Made by a program: the position numbers and the translations under genes. Positions 24,246-37,424 of a stretch of DNA of 64,000 nt are shown here, one piece after another; the first letter of the stretch is position 1; each line of letters starts with the position of its first letter. Location: the NCBI GenBank assembly GCA_026026165.1, contig JAPEUD010000002.1:1-64000 (forward strand), given 5' to 3'. This DNA is from Sarea resinae. Lineage: Eukaryota. The notes under the pieces were generated by a model. It did not search any database, was not told the origin of the DNA, and worked only from the letters and a program-made list of their open reading frames with translations.

Positions 24246-25190
24246 ATGGTCTTTATTCCAAAGTCAATAAGCGCGGGTTCGAACCCTCTGATCAGGTAAA
24301 CAAGAAAGAATACCCACCCACCCATTCCTTCCTCCCAAATGTGATTCCCTACCTTGATTGAAAAATGGAGTTTCGAAGCTGAAGCAGATCCGGTGCGGGC
24401 GGCTACAGGTTCGCCGGCAACTTGGAGGTTGAATTCCAGGAGCCGTTGCCGGGGCGGAGCTTCCAGTTCAAGCAAACTCACAGGCTGCACCCGCCGGTGA
24501 ACGGGATTGATGGAAAGGAGGCGCACGCGGTCATCAACAAGCCGTCCGGCCCGCCGCAGCACTTTCATCCGTACCAGAACGAGTATTTTCAGGTCATCCA
24601 GGGCCGCATGGCGCTGGGCGTCAACGACCGCTCCATGGTCGTCACGCCCGACGACGGCGAGATGCGTGCAATGGCTGGAGACCTGCATCGATTCTACATG
24701 GCGCCCGATTCGACCGAGGATCTGATCGTCGAGATCACGTCTTCGGATCCTGCAAGAGATTATCAGCTCGACCGCGTCTTCATGGAGAATTGGTACGGCA
24801 TGTGGCACGACTGCGTCATGCATGGCAAAGACTTTGATATGATTCAGCTGCTGAGTGTAAGTGTCCTCCCTCTTCTTGATCCCGATGACGGTGGACGAAT
24901 TATGTTAACGACCACAGATGTACGATGCCGGAGGATCATATCTTCCCGGCCCGAGCTATCTGCCCTTTCGACGAACTATCGGGATCCTGATGGGCGTTGT
25001 GATAGGCCGATGGATCGGCGGCCTTTTGGGTTACCGGCCATTTCATAAAGAGTACACGACGGATTGGGATTATGCGGTGGCGAAGATGCGGTCTTCCGTA
25101 TGCCAGCGCCATCTGGCCGACTCGTCCTACTCTTTGGCCAAGCCATGGACTGAGATGGAATTAGCTTGTCGAAGGAAGAAGGGAGCATGA
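24246..25190 (+). CDS. Cupin-domain protein (3 exons)
   Basis: ATG at 24246; GT-AG introns 24296-24387 (or 24408) and 24857-24917. Cupin motifs PPQHFHPYQNEYFQVIQG and AGDLHRF. Confidence 0.85.
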
Positions 25191-25850
25191 GAAGGACGGA
25201 AATGTATAGAATCGCCGTAGATTCATTTAGTATTGGATAGTAGGATAAGATTAGCATTTCAACACTATATATATCCATCTCGTCAAGCTTTTGTTTGTAT
25301 CGACTGTAGACTCGTCGAGCCGTCGAGCCGCCGAATAGGCCAGAGGAATGGTTACGGCGGCTTGTTGAGTGTCACCGCTTTGCTAAACCTGTGAGCCATG
25401 CTTTGATATGATTGATTGATCAGTAACTTTATAAAGGACGTCTAGCGTCTAACATCTCACAACATCGAAGACTGGGGGCACAATTTGATCTCCTCTTCCT
25501 GACTGCTGACGTCACCTTCGGTCGATTGGTAAGGACTGCGTAGCTGGACGGCTGGGAGTGATTTCCAGTGTTGCCGGAAACCAGGGGCATCCACCTTACT
25601 CGGGATTGGTTCCTATGTTCAGATCTTGAACAGATGAAAAAATAACTCGGCGTTCACTGACTAAGGTCTGATCCTGGAGAGAAGCTTCATCAAATACATA
25701 AGCCCCTCTGCTGTCTCATAATGAACCTCATCTCTCACCTCTCAATATCAATCAACAGCATCCTATAATAGAATCATCAGTACTATCATTACAATCCATC
25801 ATTTCCAATTTCACCCAACTTCCTTCTCGCCCCCGATCAAGTCGAACAAA

Positions 25851-27716
25851 ATGACGGCCGAATATCGACGTTCGAGAGTTCCGGAGCTGCAGGCGGTCAT
25901 GAAATTGGCGCAGGATGCGGCCAGGACCGTACTCAAGGAATGGGAGCTGCAACCGGATCCGAAGCTGCAGATTGAGGGCGGCATTGTTCTGCCCTCGGCG
26001 GAGCTCTACAAGGCGCAGCAGGTGCTGCTGGCTTGCACGGGGAAGATGACCGAGCTCGTGATCGAGCCTCAAGGGCGGCTGCAGGAGGTGTCGGGCCAGT
26101 TCATGGAGAGCCGCGCTCTCCACATCTGCGCCGAGCATCGCATCGCCGACCTCCTCGACGAGAGCGGCGAGGGTGGACTCCACGTAGAGAAGCTGGGCCC
26201 CATGGTCGGCATCGATTCCTGGAAGCTTGGTGAGTTTTTTCTGGGCTCCCATCTCGGGTTCCGGGAGGCTTTCTTACACTCTCGCAGCTCGCATCCTCCG
26301 GTGCCTGAATGCGATCCACGTCTTTCGGGAGATAGGGCCGAATGTCTTTGCCAACAACAATGTCTCGTCAGCGCTTGTCCGTAACGAGCCCTTGAGAGCT
26401 TACATGATGATCTAGTGCGATTCCTTTTTCTTTTCTTGTTCGTTCCGATCTGCCCTAGTTGGTTGGTTGGTGGGGGTTGGGACGCCTTGACGCTGACTTG
26501 CATTATTTTCATGGTAGTGGCTTGCATCTGTACTCGGCCTCGGATTGGCTGCCGTCGACGCTCACGGATCCCACGTTTGGACCTTCGTACGACATTGCGC
26601 TGACGGCCCTGCAGCCGGCAGTCGGCACCTCCAAGTCGGAGTGGGAATGGCTCGAGGAGAAGATTCCCGAGGAGACGAAAGACTTTGGGCGGCAAGGATA
26701 TGTCGGGGCTCTGGCGGCCGAGGCAGGATCGTCGACTAACGGCAACACAAATGGCACGAATCTGAATCCAGCAGGTTACACGAACGGTGACAATGTCAAT
26801 AATGGCACGAATGGCACCAGCAGAACGAACGGGAGTACGGAAAGCGCCAATGGCACCAATGGCACCAGCCATGCAGTCAACCGCAAGACCAAACCGAGGC
26901 CGGAGCTGGCGCTCTTTGGACTCGCGATGCAAGGAGGAGGCAAGGTGCACGGCACAGCTCATCTGTACGACTACCCATGGGAGTCGCTCGGGGAAGCCAT
27001 ACTGGTTGATGTCGCCGGTGGAGTCGGTATGTCCTTCTCATTATCTTTCTTCTTCCTCTCCCGACGCTGATGATAGGCCTCCACCAGGTGGTTTTGGCTT
27101 GCAACTGACCAAGCTCTACCCCAAGCTTCAGTACACCGTGCAGGATCGGCCCGACGTCGTCAAGCAGGGCCATGGCGTGTGGATGAAGGAAAATCCTGAT
27201 GCGATCGCCCAAGGCCAGGTCAAGCTCACGCCTCACGACATGTTCTCGCCTCAGCCCATCGTTGGCGCAGACGTCTACTGGCTCCGGTATATCATGTAAG
27301 CAGATAGCAGTCCTGGAAATGAATGCCCGTCATTCATTCGCAACCTTTCCGGCCAAGGAGAGAACTTGCTAATCATACAATACAGTCACGACTGGTCGGA
27401 CGACTACTGTGTCCAGATCCTGTCCGCGCTAGCACCGGCGATGCGTGAGAATTCTCGCGTCCTGATTGCAGACCAAGTGATGAATACGACGTTTGGCGAC
27501 CCGCAGATCCCATCAGCTCCCAGCCCTCTGCCAGCGAATTACGGCTACCACAAAAGATACAGCCACCAGAGGGATCTGGTCATGATGGCAAGTCTCAACG
27601 GCATCGAGCGCACGCCGGCCCAACTTGACAGCATTGTCACGCGTGCCGGATTGAAGATCGCCAAGATATGGGAATGCAGAAGTCAGGTCGGCATCGTAGA
27701 ATGTCGTCTGGCTTGA
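25851..27716 (+). CDS. SAM-dependent O-methyltransferase (Methyltransf_2 type, 5 exons)
   Basis: Dimerisation segment ESRALHICAEHRIADLL; LVDVAGGVGGF; VQDRPDV; HDMF; YWLRYI(I)HDWSDDYC; RVLIADQVM; NGIERT. Four GT-AG introns near 26230, 26415, 27027 and 27296. Confidence 0.92.
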
Positions 27717-30650
27717 GTGGAAAGCTACGTCAAACGAGGGTAGAGTCAGAGGGACTCCCGCGGTAATAGCTATCGATCACCAGCAGATAGAACTAATAGA
27801 TTGATGAGAATGAAATGAGCTTCCTACTTCCGGTAATGTGATAGATACAATGTTCACAATCTTGGTGGGTTTTATGTGAGAGATGAACAATTTCATTTCG
27901 TTCAAATCTCTTTTTTTTTCACGATTCAGAAAATGGCAAAGAAGGTGAGTATTACAAAGGAAACCCAAGTAGAAGTGGAGTACCAGACCACACTCCATAC
28001 CCTAGTAGGTAAGAGGAATAGATACAATTTTTGCACCAAACAAAAGGACAAAATTTCCCAACACTACCTACTCATACAACAATTCAAAACCCGCAGCTGA
28101 TCCGCTCTGTACTTTCCACCACACCACAACAAGTCAAACAGTATCTCAATGGATACCCGACAATCCCTAGCCAAGCCCCTAAGTTCCACGTCCTAAGCCC
28201 CCAAACACGGGTGGCGCCGCCGCGGCACAGCAAATCAGCAAAATATCGAAAATCCCACCTCGATCCCAAGCGATAAGGTAAGCCGATCGCCAGACTAGCT
28301 ATGTAGCTCAGGATGTATATGTCGGGATCGACGACGCGAATCGAATCAAAGCGACAGGTGACGGAACCAGAAACGGGAACGAAGCTGAGAAAGGGAACGC
28401 GACATCAATGTCAAGCCTTCCTCTCCGCGTGTAGGTATCAGATTGGTAGATATCGGAGTACAGTGGGGGAATGGAAGTCCAGGTGCGGCGAGCATACACA
28501 CGAAATGCACAGGGAGGTAGGTAGGTGACTGTTTATTGACATAGGCGTCGACCACCACGCGGCTCTGCTGCTAGCACGTGCTTAGGGCGTGCGAGCGTGC
28601 ATGCGGACAGCATCAATCAATCACCCAATCAAATCTGGGGAGAATAGCCAGAAGTTGGTGGCGCCGAGATTCCCAGTGAACGCAGGCTGACGCGGCGCGT
28701 CCAGTGCTTAGAAGGAATGGGGTCAAATGGAAGCCAACCAGCGAGCACGTCCCAACGAGCACGTCCCATCCGGACCCCTCCCCTGCTTTCCTCCCCTGCC
28801 CTCTCCCCTATTGTATCATATCCAATGCTGCCGCCCTTATCCTATTCCACCTATCTATCCTGCCCTTGCCCCTGCGCGCTTCTACAACGGCCAGCGAACT
28901 AGCGCGCCTGCAGAGGAATAAGGAAGGACGGCGGAATCGAGTCCGTGCAAATCGCCAGATTAATACGTACATGGTCAAAATCGCCAGATTAACACATTAC
29001 ATGGTGATCCGCACTGGGGCTTTCTGAATCATGATGTGCACTTAGTCTCGGGGGGAACGACGCCCGCCGGACCACATCGCCAGGGGCCTTTAACCCCGGC
29101 CACCATTAACCCCGCGATTAGCGATGCGGGTGGCGGCGAGCGGGGAGCGCTGGGGGGCGGAGCCACGTTAGGCCGTCCGTCTGGTCGTCTTCTGTTCGTT
29201 CATTCGACATCCGACCGACCGAACAAACAAACAAACGAGAAACCTGGCCGCATCATCGATGATCATAGAATACTCGTAGAGTGCTGCAGTGAGCTTGATT
29301 ACACAAAACAACCAGCTTAGCTAGATCATCCCTGTCGGATCCCGAACATCGACACGTTCCATCTTGTCTCGTCTCATCTCGCCTCTGGCTCGCTCGTTGT
29401 TATCGCATGCGGCCAGGCCAAAAAGGAGGGTAGGAGGAGGCCAGCAGGAGGCCGGCAGGGCAGGATCAGGCGGGGATCCTACTTCTGCCTATGTACGGAT
29501 TACTCGACTCAGTGACTGCCTCTCTCATACTGTACTCTGAAGTACGTCAAACCATTGGCCAGGGGCGTCAACCGGAGAATTCGGGGACCGCACAGATAAG
29601 CGTTTCGTTTGCGGAAACCCCTTGCCCCCCAGACTACCTTAACCACATTTCATGAACTATGGTGCCGGAACCCGGGCTTATCAGCCTTATCAGCCCCCGA
29701 TCGCTCCGAAAATGTGTCATGTGGGGGCTAGGAACGGCGTGCGAGTGAGAGCGATAGTGTGACTGTAAGAGTGTGAATGTCAAACAGAACTGCATATACG
29801 AAGAGCAGTAAGAAATTTGCGAATATCAATCGGGACTAGCAACGACACTGGAAAACCCCCCTTGGGACCTGATATACATTGCGTTAGACTTCAGATAGAT
29901 CGATGATGGATTTCTACTTGACTTGGTAGGTATGCACGCATAGCACAATGGGATTCGCAGCAAATACCTACCGCATTGATCATGCTAGCTCTTCCCACTG
30001 CATTGCCCCTACCACATGCACAGGCGATCGGTCGCTCTGTTGCGGTAACTTTGATGATTAACGCCCGCATTGCGTCAAGCTACAGCATACAAGGGAAAGC
30101 ACAGCAAATCTGCTTGCGCAAACCTTACTGGGGGCGTGATGATGCTGCAGCAGAAATGGTGGCGTGCCAGTCTTCCACGATGTACGTGAAGAACGCTGCT
30201 CCGTCCCGCCTCTCATCCCCCCTTAGTCCCAAGCAGGAGCGCGAATGTTCATGTTACCCTCTTAGACCTCCCGGCACCAGGCCGCCCGGGCCTTGTGGCT
30301 CCTGTGAAATTTTATGCTTATGCAGGGACCAACAAGACCTCTTTCTCATATTTCTCACGATAGTAAGCATGTAGGAACTCCTGGAAGAGTAGTAGCTCAG
30401 CCGCGGCACAGGAAAAAGTACCTATGCTACTCGGGTTCCGGTTGTAGATCATCGATCGTGATGATCCTCGAGACTTCTGCTGATCAAGCTTCACGGGTGC
30501 CATGGCGACTTTCTGGTGATGATTCTGGTGATGATTTACTTATAGTCAGAGACGGCACAGATGCCCCGCGATGTTGGATAGTGATCGTGCTATATTTGGC
30601 AACGGGAGCTACCGCTAGATCGTTCAGGATACAGGACCAACAGGAGAAAG

Positions 30651-32013
30651 ATGCCTTCGGACCGCAACAATTGGCAGCCACACGAGGATGAGGCTCTGAG
30701 AAGAGCGGTCGCAAGCGGTAAGAATCTTATTTTCCTGCCAAGATCCACGTAGCAATCGAAATCTCTGCTAAGCAATCTCGAGTGATGAAAGTGGCGCCCA
30801 GTCTGCAGTACATTAATTGGCACGACATCGCTACAAAAGTTCCAGCGCGAAACAACAAGGCATGTCGAAAACGCTGGTTCTCAACCCTGGACTCCAGAGC
30901 CAAAAAGGGGACGTGGTCGAGCGAGGAAGACGAGAGGCTCCGTGCGGCCTTTCAAAAGCACGGCAATAAATGGGCGGAAGTTGCAGTTGCAGTTCAGACC
31001 AGGACGGGTGACCAGTGCTGGAAACGTTGGAACGATACCATCAATCCAGACATAGACCGCAGTGCCTGGTCACCAGAACAAGTCAGTGGTCCCTAGGTTC
31101 CTCCTCTTTGGCCGAAAAAGGCCATTGGTTGCCCTAGCAGCTACTCCTCGGGCCCATTTGATGCAAAGCTGATTAGGAATAGGATGCCATATTACTCGCT
31201 GCCATAGAGCAGTTTGGCCGGAATTGGAAGTGCATCGTTGACCAGCATTTCCCCCGGCGAACGGCTTTGAGCGCAAAAAACCGATGGGCATATCTAACCC
31301 GCAAAAGCACAGCATCAAAAGATTCTTCGCCTTCTCGAAGATCATCGACGGCGGATTGGGAGGTGATGAGTTCACCACCCGAAGCAATGAGCATCGACCC
31401 CCCAGGGCCGCCAAATCACCAAGTCAATGAACGGGCAACCACGATCCTTGATGACGACGAGACCTGGTTCCGAGAAGAATTAAATATCTCAACCGCAGAT
31501 TATGAAACCGGTAGAACGAGCAGTGTGTCACACGAACTTCCGGACACTATCTCGGTCGAGCAGCCCAGTATGCGTTCGGCAAAGCCCCACCCTTCGTGGA
31601 CAGAGTATTCCTCTAATCCTCCCATGCCGGGCGATTTCGAGCCTGGTACGATACGCCCAACCCAGTCGGACATATCTTGTGCTCCGTCTGTACCTGGACT
31701 GATGCCCTCGCCGGACCGGATCCCGAGCAACGCTGTCGCAGAACAAGCATTCTTCGAAGCCACATCCATGCCGGCTCCTACAACATCGATGTCAGCCTCG
31801 GAATTTAGGATTGCCGATACTGATCAGCAATTCGAGATGAGCGACTGGTTCCACGATTCTGAGGCATCTGCAGAGAAGCCGTTGCTGGGGCAGATCACGT
31901 TGACAGCAAAATGTCCAGTTGACGAGATTGGAAGACTGCTGCAGTCTGTGGTCCAGGCAGCTCGACTCGTGGGAGAAACCACAGATATCGATGGTCGAGT
32001 TTCCTTTGTTTAG
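30651..32013 (+). CDS. Three-repeat Myb-like transcription factor (3 exons)
   Basis: Repeats WQPHEDEALRRAV..INWHDIATKVPARNNKACRKRW; WSSEEDERL..NKWAEVA..RTGDQCWKRW; WSPEQDAILL..NWKCIV..RTALSAKNRW. Introns 30718-30782 and 31082-31182. Confidence 0.9.
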
Positions 32014-34462
32014 AAAGGAGGTCTCAAAGATGGTGCTTGGTCAATTTGCGATTAGACAGCATGGGCCGAATCCGAAAGCATGAGAGGCTCGGAGCCAGTG
32101 AGTACGCGGTTAGAAGCAGAAGCAGCCCTATGTCATAAGCCCAGTTCGTAGTCCGCTGGTGCCCGATTTAGAGGCCTGCCGAATAATCAAAGAATAGATC
32201 TTGATCAGTGATAATGTAATCCGAATGTCTGCAAGTAGATCAAGCCGTGTGAAATAGCTTGATAACCGCTTCTATAGCGATGCCTTCTCCTGCCACCTTT
32301 TAGGGGGTTTATGGTTAGCCATACTGCCATCTGCCTGTACTCCTATAGCCTGGAAAAGGAACGAACCTGAGAGGGACTCGTGTTGAAGAGATAAGGACTT
32401 TGATTGAAATATGAATAGGAATCGCAAGATTTATTTTCTTGTCGGAAAAAATCTTAAGTGATTATTGAATTCGCTGAGACCTCTGTACGAACATCATTGA
32501 AGATATCTAATTCTTCGTTGAAAACTTCCGCTTCATGAATCGACGTCCGCTTGATTGATTCAGGACCACAAATAGACTTCGGCGGACTGCAGCGGAATTG
32601 CCAAGGGGTCGATTGATACAGGCGTACAATCTCTCATAGGAATGAGTAGAGTGGTGCACCAACTGTCTGCAGTGCTGGCGGAAGACGCCGCCGCCGGGAT
32701 TATCTCATTGGTGAGAACCGTTGCGGTGTGTTGATCGTCTATTTGGGCCTTGTATACTTTTCCTTCAGGGATCCGTAGCTTTGGACTGCAAGCCTCATAA
32801 GGCAGCGCTTGCTTTGGAGGGGGTAGAATTCGTCCCCGCAGATATCGCAGAGACCATATGCACTGCTCTGCGTGACTTGGCGGTGGAACGAAGGAAATGC
32901 CGTAAAAAACCCTATGATAGTAATAATTGACTTTTATTGAATTGACGGCATCGAATCAGCCGCAAAGAAGATCTGTATCACAGTGGCTGCCTGCGTCGTC
33001 TGCAGCTGTATTCCGTATCTCGTCCGAAGAAAGATCGGCGGTGATCTCGTCAGCTTGGCTCGCGGATAGCAATCCGACTTTCAGCGAGTATTTGACGCCC
33101 AGAGATACGGAGCCAATAAGCTACTGACATACAAGCCTCATCTGATGGGACCGCGCTACCTGTGCCGACAGCATCCAAGACCAGGTAGGCGCAGAACAGA
33201 GAATGGCATCCATCAGCTCCATTAGATAGCAGATACCCCACGCGCATCATGGCCGATCGTCGGGCGTCTATCTCGATTGGAATCCTATGATGTCATTTTC
33301 CCGTACATATGCCCTGCCCTCTCGTTCGAGCTTCCGTTTGGGCGTTTGCCCTCCTTCGTTGACCATTGGTCTACTCCGGAGCAGAAATCGAGGTCATGCG
33401 TCAAGTGGACAAAGCTACCAGGTCAGACTCGAGCTGAATAATGGTAAGGGAATGTCCCAGTGTACTATGGTCTCTGGCACTCTTTGTACACAATGTCGTG
33501 AAGCGAATGATCATTTTAACAGCGATCTGAACCTCTGTTTGAGCATCTGACAGCGGCCAAAGTTTGATACTATCAGTGTGAAAAGCGGAATCAAAGTACC
33601 TACCGTACCGTGCCTAGGTTTGAGGAGCAACCCGAAGCAATGCGACAGCAGAAAGGACGGGAAGGAACCGTTCAGATTACGCGCTTGCATCGATAATGAG
33701 GTGCGCCATCTTGGTCAACGGAGCGAGATGATAATGAGGTGTTATTGGGAGGGGTCCCTTGCCGTGTTATAACCCGTGTTACTGAGGATAGCTGGAGACA
33801 GCATGCTAGAAAAATCGATGTATTGTTCGTAGACGGGGTTCATCAGGAATCCATCAGGAATGAATCATAGGCTATTGAGCGAGAAAGCTCGAGGCTCGAG
33901 TTTCAAGATTCAAGCCTTGCAGTCTTGTTAATGCAGGCCCAGCAAGCACGAGCCACGATGAGTAGGAATGAACAAGGTTGGTTTCCTAACAGCTACCTAC
34001 CCACTAAGCCAGCAACCACGACCATCCGCCAAAACAAACACCATACGCAATGCTTCCGACCTCCCACCTTCCACCCCTTATCCCACCTTGATGAAGAGGA
34101 GACACCACCTCATGTTTGTCGTTACCCCAGTGCCCGCCGTATCATGCAAACGAGGCCCGTCCTCGATCTATCCAGCCAGCAAACGCTCCACCCACTCACC
34201 ATCATATTTCCATCGCAAATGCATACCGATGCCCGAGCCCCCCTGGATGCCAAGCCATATTCGTCTGTTCGATCGTCTGTTCATTCATGCTTCGTAGTAG
34301 CCGCCGGCACAAGCCATCGTACCGGTGAAGCGGCGGAGGCTTCTAGCTATACCCAGGGCAAATAGACCATCAGAAGTGTTCGCGGAGAAAGTGGAAGCAA
34401 GACACCAAGAGTCCGATCCGATCAGCCCCCAGCGTCGAGGCATCAGAGCGTGCTTACCGTCA

Positions 34463-34698
34463 TTACTTGCGAGCGTCGACGTGGTCGGCGTTCGCAACAG
34501 GGTCGTTCTGCACGCTGTTGCTCTGGTAGGGGCACTTGCCGGTGTCTAGAGCGCCGCGCACGCAGTCAGTCAGATAGTGCTGGGTGAGTGAGAGAGGGGG
34601 TGAGAGAGCTCTGAGAGTCTCCCCGACGTACGCTTTGAGCAGAGTTCCGTGCCAGCGACGGCGGTGTCCGAGCAGCTAGGGTGAGAACATTGAGTCAT
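34463..34698 (-). CDS. 49-aa Cys/His microprotein (2 exons)
   Basis: ATG at 34698; intron 34631-34546 (GTACGT donor, CTGAC branch, TAG acceptor). Product MTQCSHPSCSDTAVAGTELCSKHTGKCPYQSNSVQNDPVANADHVDARK. Confidence 0.6.
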
Positions 34699-35656
34699 GG
34701 TTGCGGTGGCGGCTGAGAAGTTTGGTATAGACAGTCGAGGTTGAGTTGATGAGTATATCTCGAGGGGTCTGCAGGTTAGAAGTAGTAGGAGGGAACTCGA
34801 AGATTGTTGTGCGACGGTCAAAGGTTGAAGTCAGTGTACGATAAGGAAAGGTGGGGAGAGGGTTGGAAAGTATCACGATACCACGATATCACCATCACGA
34901 GGCGGCCCGCCTGGACCACCTGCCGGCGAAACTGTTGTGTCTGGCGGTGTCTGGCGGGGTCATAATACCATTGCGTTGATTGGCTGTCCAGGTACCCCAT
35001 CATACGACGAAATAAGCGGATTAACGAAATTTATGAATGACCAGAGCAAGCTTCCAAGGTACGAACAAATGACATCGATGATCCGGACCCTGAAGACCCT
35101 GAGCCGCCTCCCCTCGCCCAACTGGTACGAAGAAACACACACGCATCCGCACAACCACACCTCGCCATCTATCCTTCAATTCTATTCATCACGGCCTCTC
35201 CCCCAGCAATTCAAGGACGCCGAGGATTCCGCAGCCACGGAGGCAGCCAATATGCAATTTGCCGTATTGCTGGCCTGCTATTGCTAGAGGAGGAGGAATA
35301 ATAGTTCGAGAGAGAGAAGAAGAGGAGCTTGAACTCGGGTCATGCCATGCCTCATGTTTCGCCACGTCAGCCGACGTCGAGGCCTTTTCCCATCTGCTTT
35401 TAGACAGTAGACCAAGCCTAGCCGTCAGCTCTCATCTCATTCCCACCATTCTGATTCTGCCGTGTCGATGGTGTCAAAGAGCAGCCAGCTGTCTATCTGG
35501 GGCTCTATCTCGGATGAATCGTTTGGTCTGACATGTCGTGCTGTCGGTGAAACGCTGTGACTCTTTCCTAGGGCTTCAACTCACGGCGCTTGCGATGTCG
35601 TGTGCCTTGGACCTTTCGTGGGCACACTCCAAAATGTAATTATTAAAGTTGTTCTT

Positions 35657-35682
35657 GTGTTGTTGTTGTTGTTGTTGTTGTT
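35657..35682 (+). repeat. (GTT)n microsatellite
   Basis: Run of gtt repeats, seen directly. Confidence 0.9.
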
Positions 35683-35977
35683 AGAAGATTCCCCAAGGTG
35701 TACTTCTCTACGATGCCGTCAATCTGTCATCGGAATCAATAATATCGTGGGATGATGCGGTGCCTACGATAGACCATGATCACAACAGAGAGCCAGCCTC
35801 GGTATCTACAATCTGGTGGTGATACGGAAATGTTCCAGGAGACAAGGTAGCGCTCGATAAGAGGTTAATAACTACAACGTTCCATTGCTATCAACTCTCA
35901 GGAATACTCTGCTATTTCGACTCGGCAGGTTGCGAGGATCCTCGGATATTGGGATTTAGACCATCATGCCAGAAAGT

Positions 35978-37424
35978 TCATGTAGACAACACGCTCTCCT
36001 GGAATCTCAGGCGCTGCAAGTGGCGATCGTTCTGGTAGCGTTGTAAGGCGACCTTCTTCCATTCGTCCCAACTCAGGTCTTCGTCACGCTTGACAGCCCG
36101 ACGGAAACCCCTGAATAGACCGAGGAAGCCTTTCCAATCGGATGGATCATAACCACAACAGAATTCAAACCATTGACGGATCCTTGCGTTCTGGACTGCT
36201 GATGCCATAGCGGACTCGCCTTCATCCTCGAACAATTGAGCAAGCAGGACCCCCTCATTACTCAAATCATCATCTCCCTTGAAGAATGTTGAAGAGGGGA
36301 TGAGAAAATGTAGGAGAGATGAATGCAGATGGTTTCGAAGTTGTATACGCCCATTCCCAATCAATAATACCAGTGATGTTGAATTCGTCGTCCACCAGGA
36401 TATGATCCCCTTTGTCGTCCGCGTGCTTTAGGTAGAACGGGCCATCGTCTAACGGAGAAGCGAAGACGATAGGTACAGTTTCCCATAAGAATTTGTGGAC
36501 CAGATATGCATCGACGGCTCTATCGCTGTAGCTCTCCCCATAAACGATAAGTTTCAGATTCAGACGGACGACCTCGGCATAGTAGTCCTTTGCCGATCTG
36601 CAGTGGTCTAGAAGCTGTAATTCGGAGCAATTGATATCAGTGAGAGATTCTCGAGCAAACCCCCCAATAGACAAGGTACCTGGCAAATCCAGAGACCCCA
36701 TGAGCTCGAAAGGATGTGCTTGCAATTCAAGATAGACTTTTGAAAGCTGGGACACCACTTTCTCGCATTCCTTGGGGGAGGCGGTGGACCATAGTAGCAT
36801 CTTGCCGGCCATCTTTTCCATCAAGATGTAACCTACTCCAACCGGGTTATCGTTCCCTTCGAGGACAAAGTCGAAAACTTTGGGTGCAGGAACTTTGGTG
36901 GTCTCGAGGAAGCGGAGCGTGGCGACTTCACTCTTGATTATGTAGTCCCGTACCATCGGCGGCGGCGATGTGGCATTGAATCGTCGAACACGAGCTAGCC
37001 AGCAGATCCCATCATTAAACTTCAGTTCGATATGATAGTTCATCCCACCCATGACAGACCAGCGAGATGACTCCAGGTCGTCAAAGCAAAGAGGCGCGAT
37101 GTGACAGGGTATCCCGTTTCGAAGTTCGCTAGCTCTAGCAGCCAACGCCGGCACATTGATCTTTGCTATGAGCTTCTCTATCTCTTTGGCGTCTGCCTCT
37201 GCCAGCAGCGGGTCGTATGCTTCCATATCCTATATGAAACGCCTCGTTAGACCTTTTCTCTTAGGTTGTCTTGCCACTGACAAATTCACTTCAAATTTGG
37301 GGCACTGGTGAACATCTGGGCCGGAATGGTTAGAGCAGAGATGGCGACCACACAGTTGACACTCTCCGATAATCCGGACTGCCGGTTTCCTGCAGCCCTC
37401 GAGATCACAGTACCATAAAGGCAT
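35978..37424 (-). pseudogene. APH/choline-kinase-like phosphotransferase with N-terminal zinc finger; one frameshift near 36306
   Basis: Exon 1 has C..C...CQLCGRHLCSNH...H.C; intron 37289-37230. Motifs GGMNYH, SEVATLRFL and HADDKGDHILVD..IIDWEWA. The C-terminus (..RQWFEFCCGYDP..) lies in another frame. Confidence 0.8.

Noticed and set aside
32450..33550. Possible degraded gene
   Set aside because: Stop-interrupted frames without motifs I can assign.
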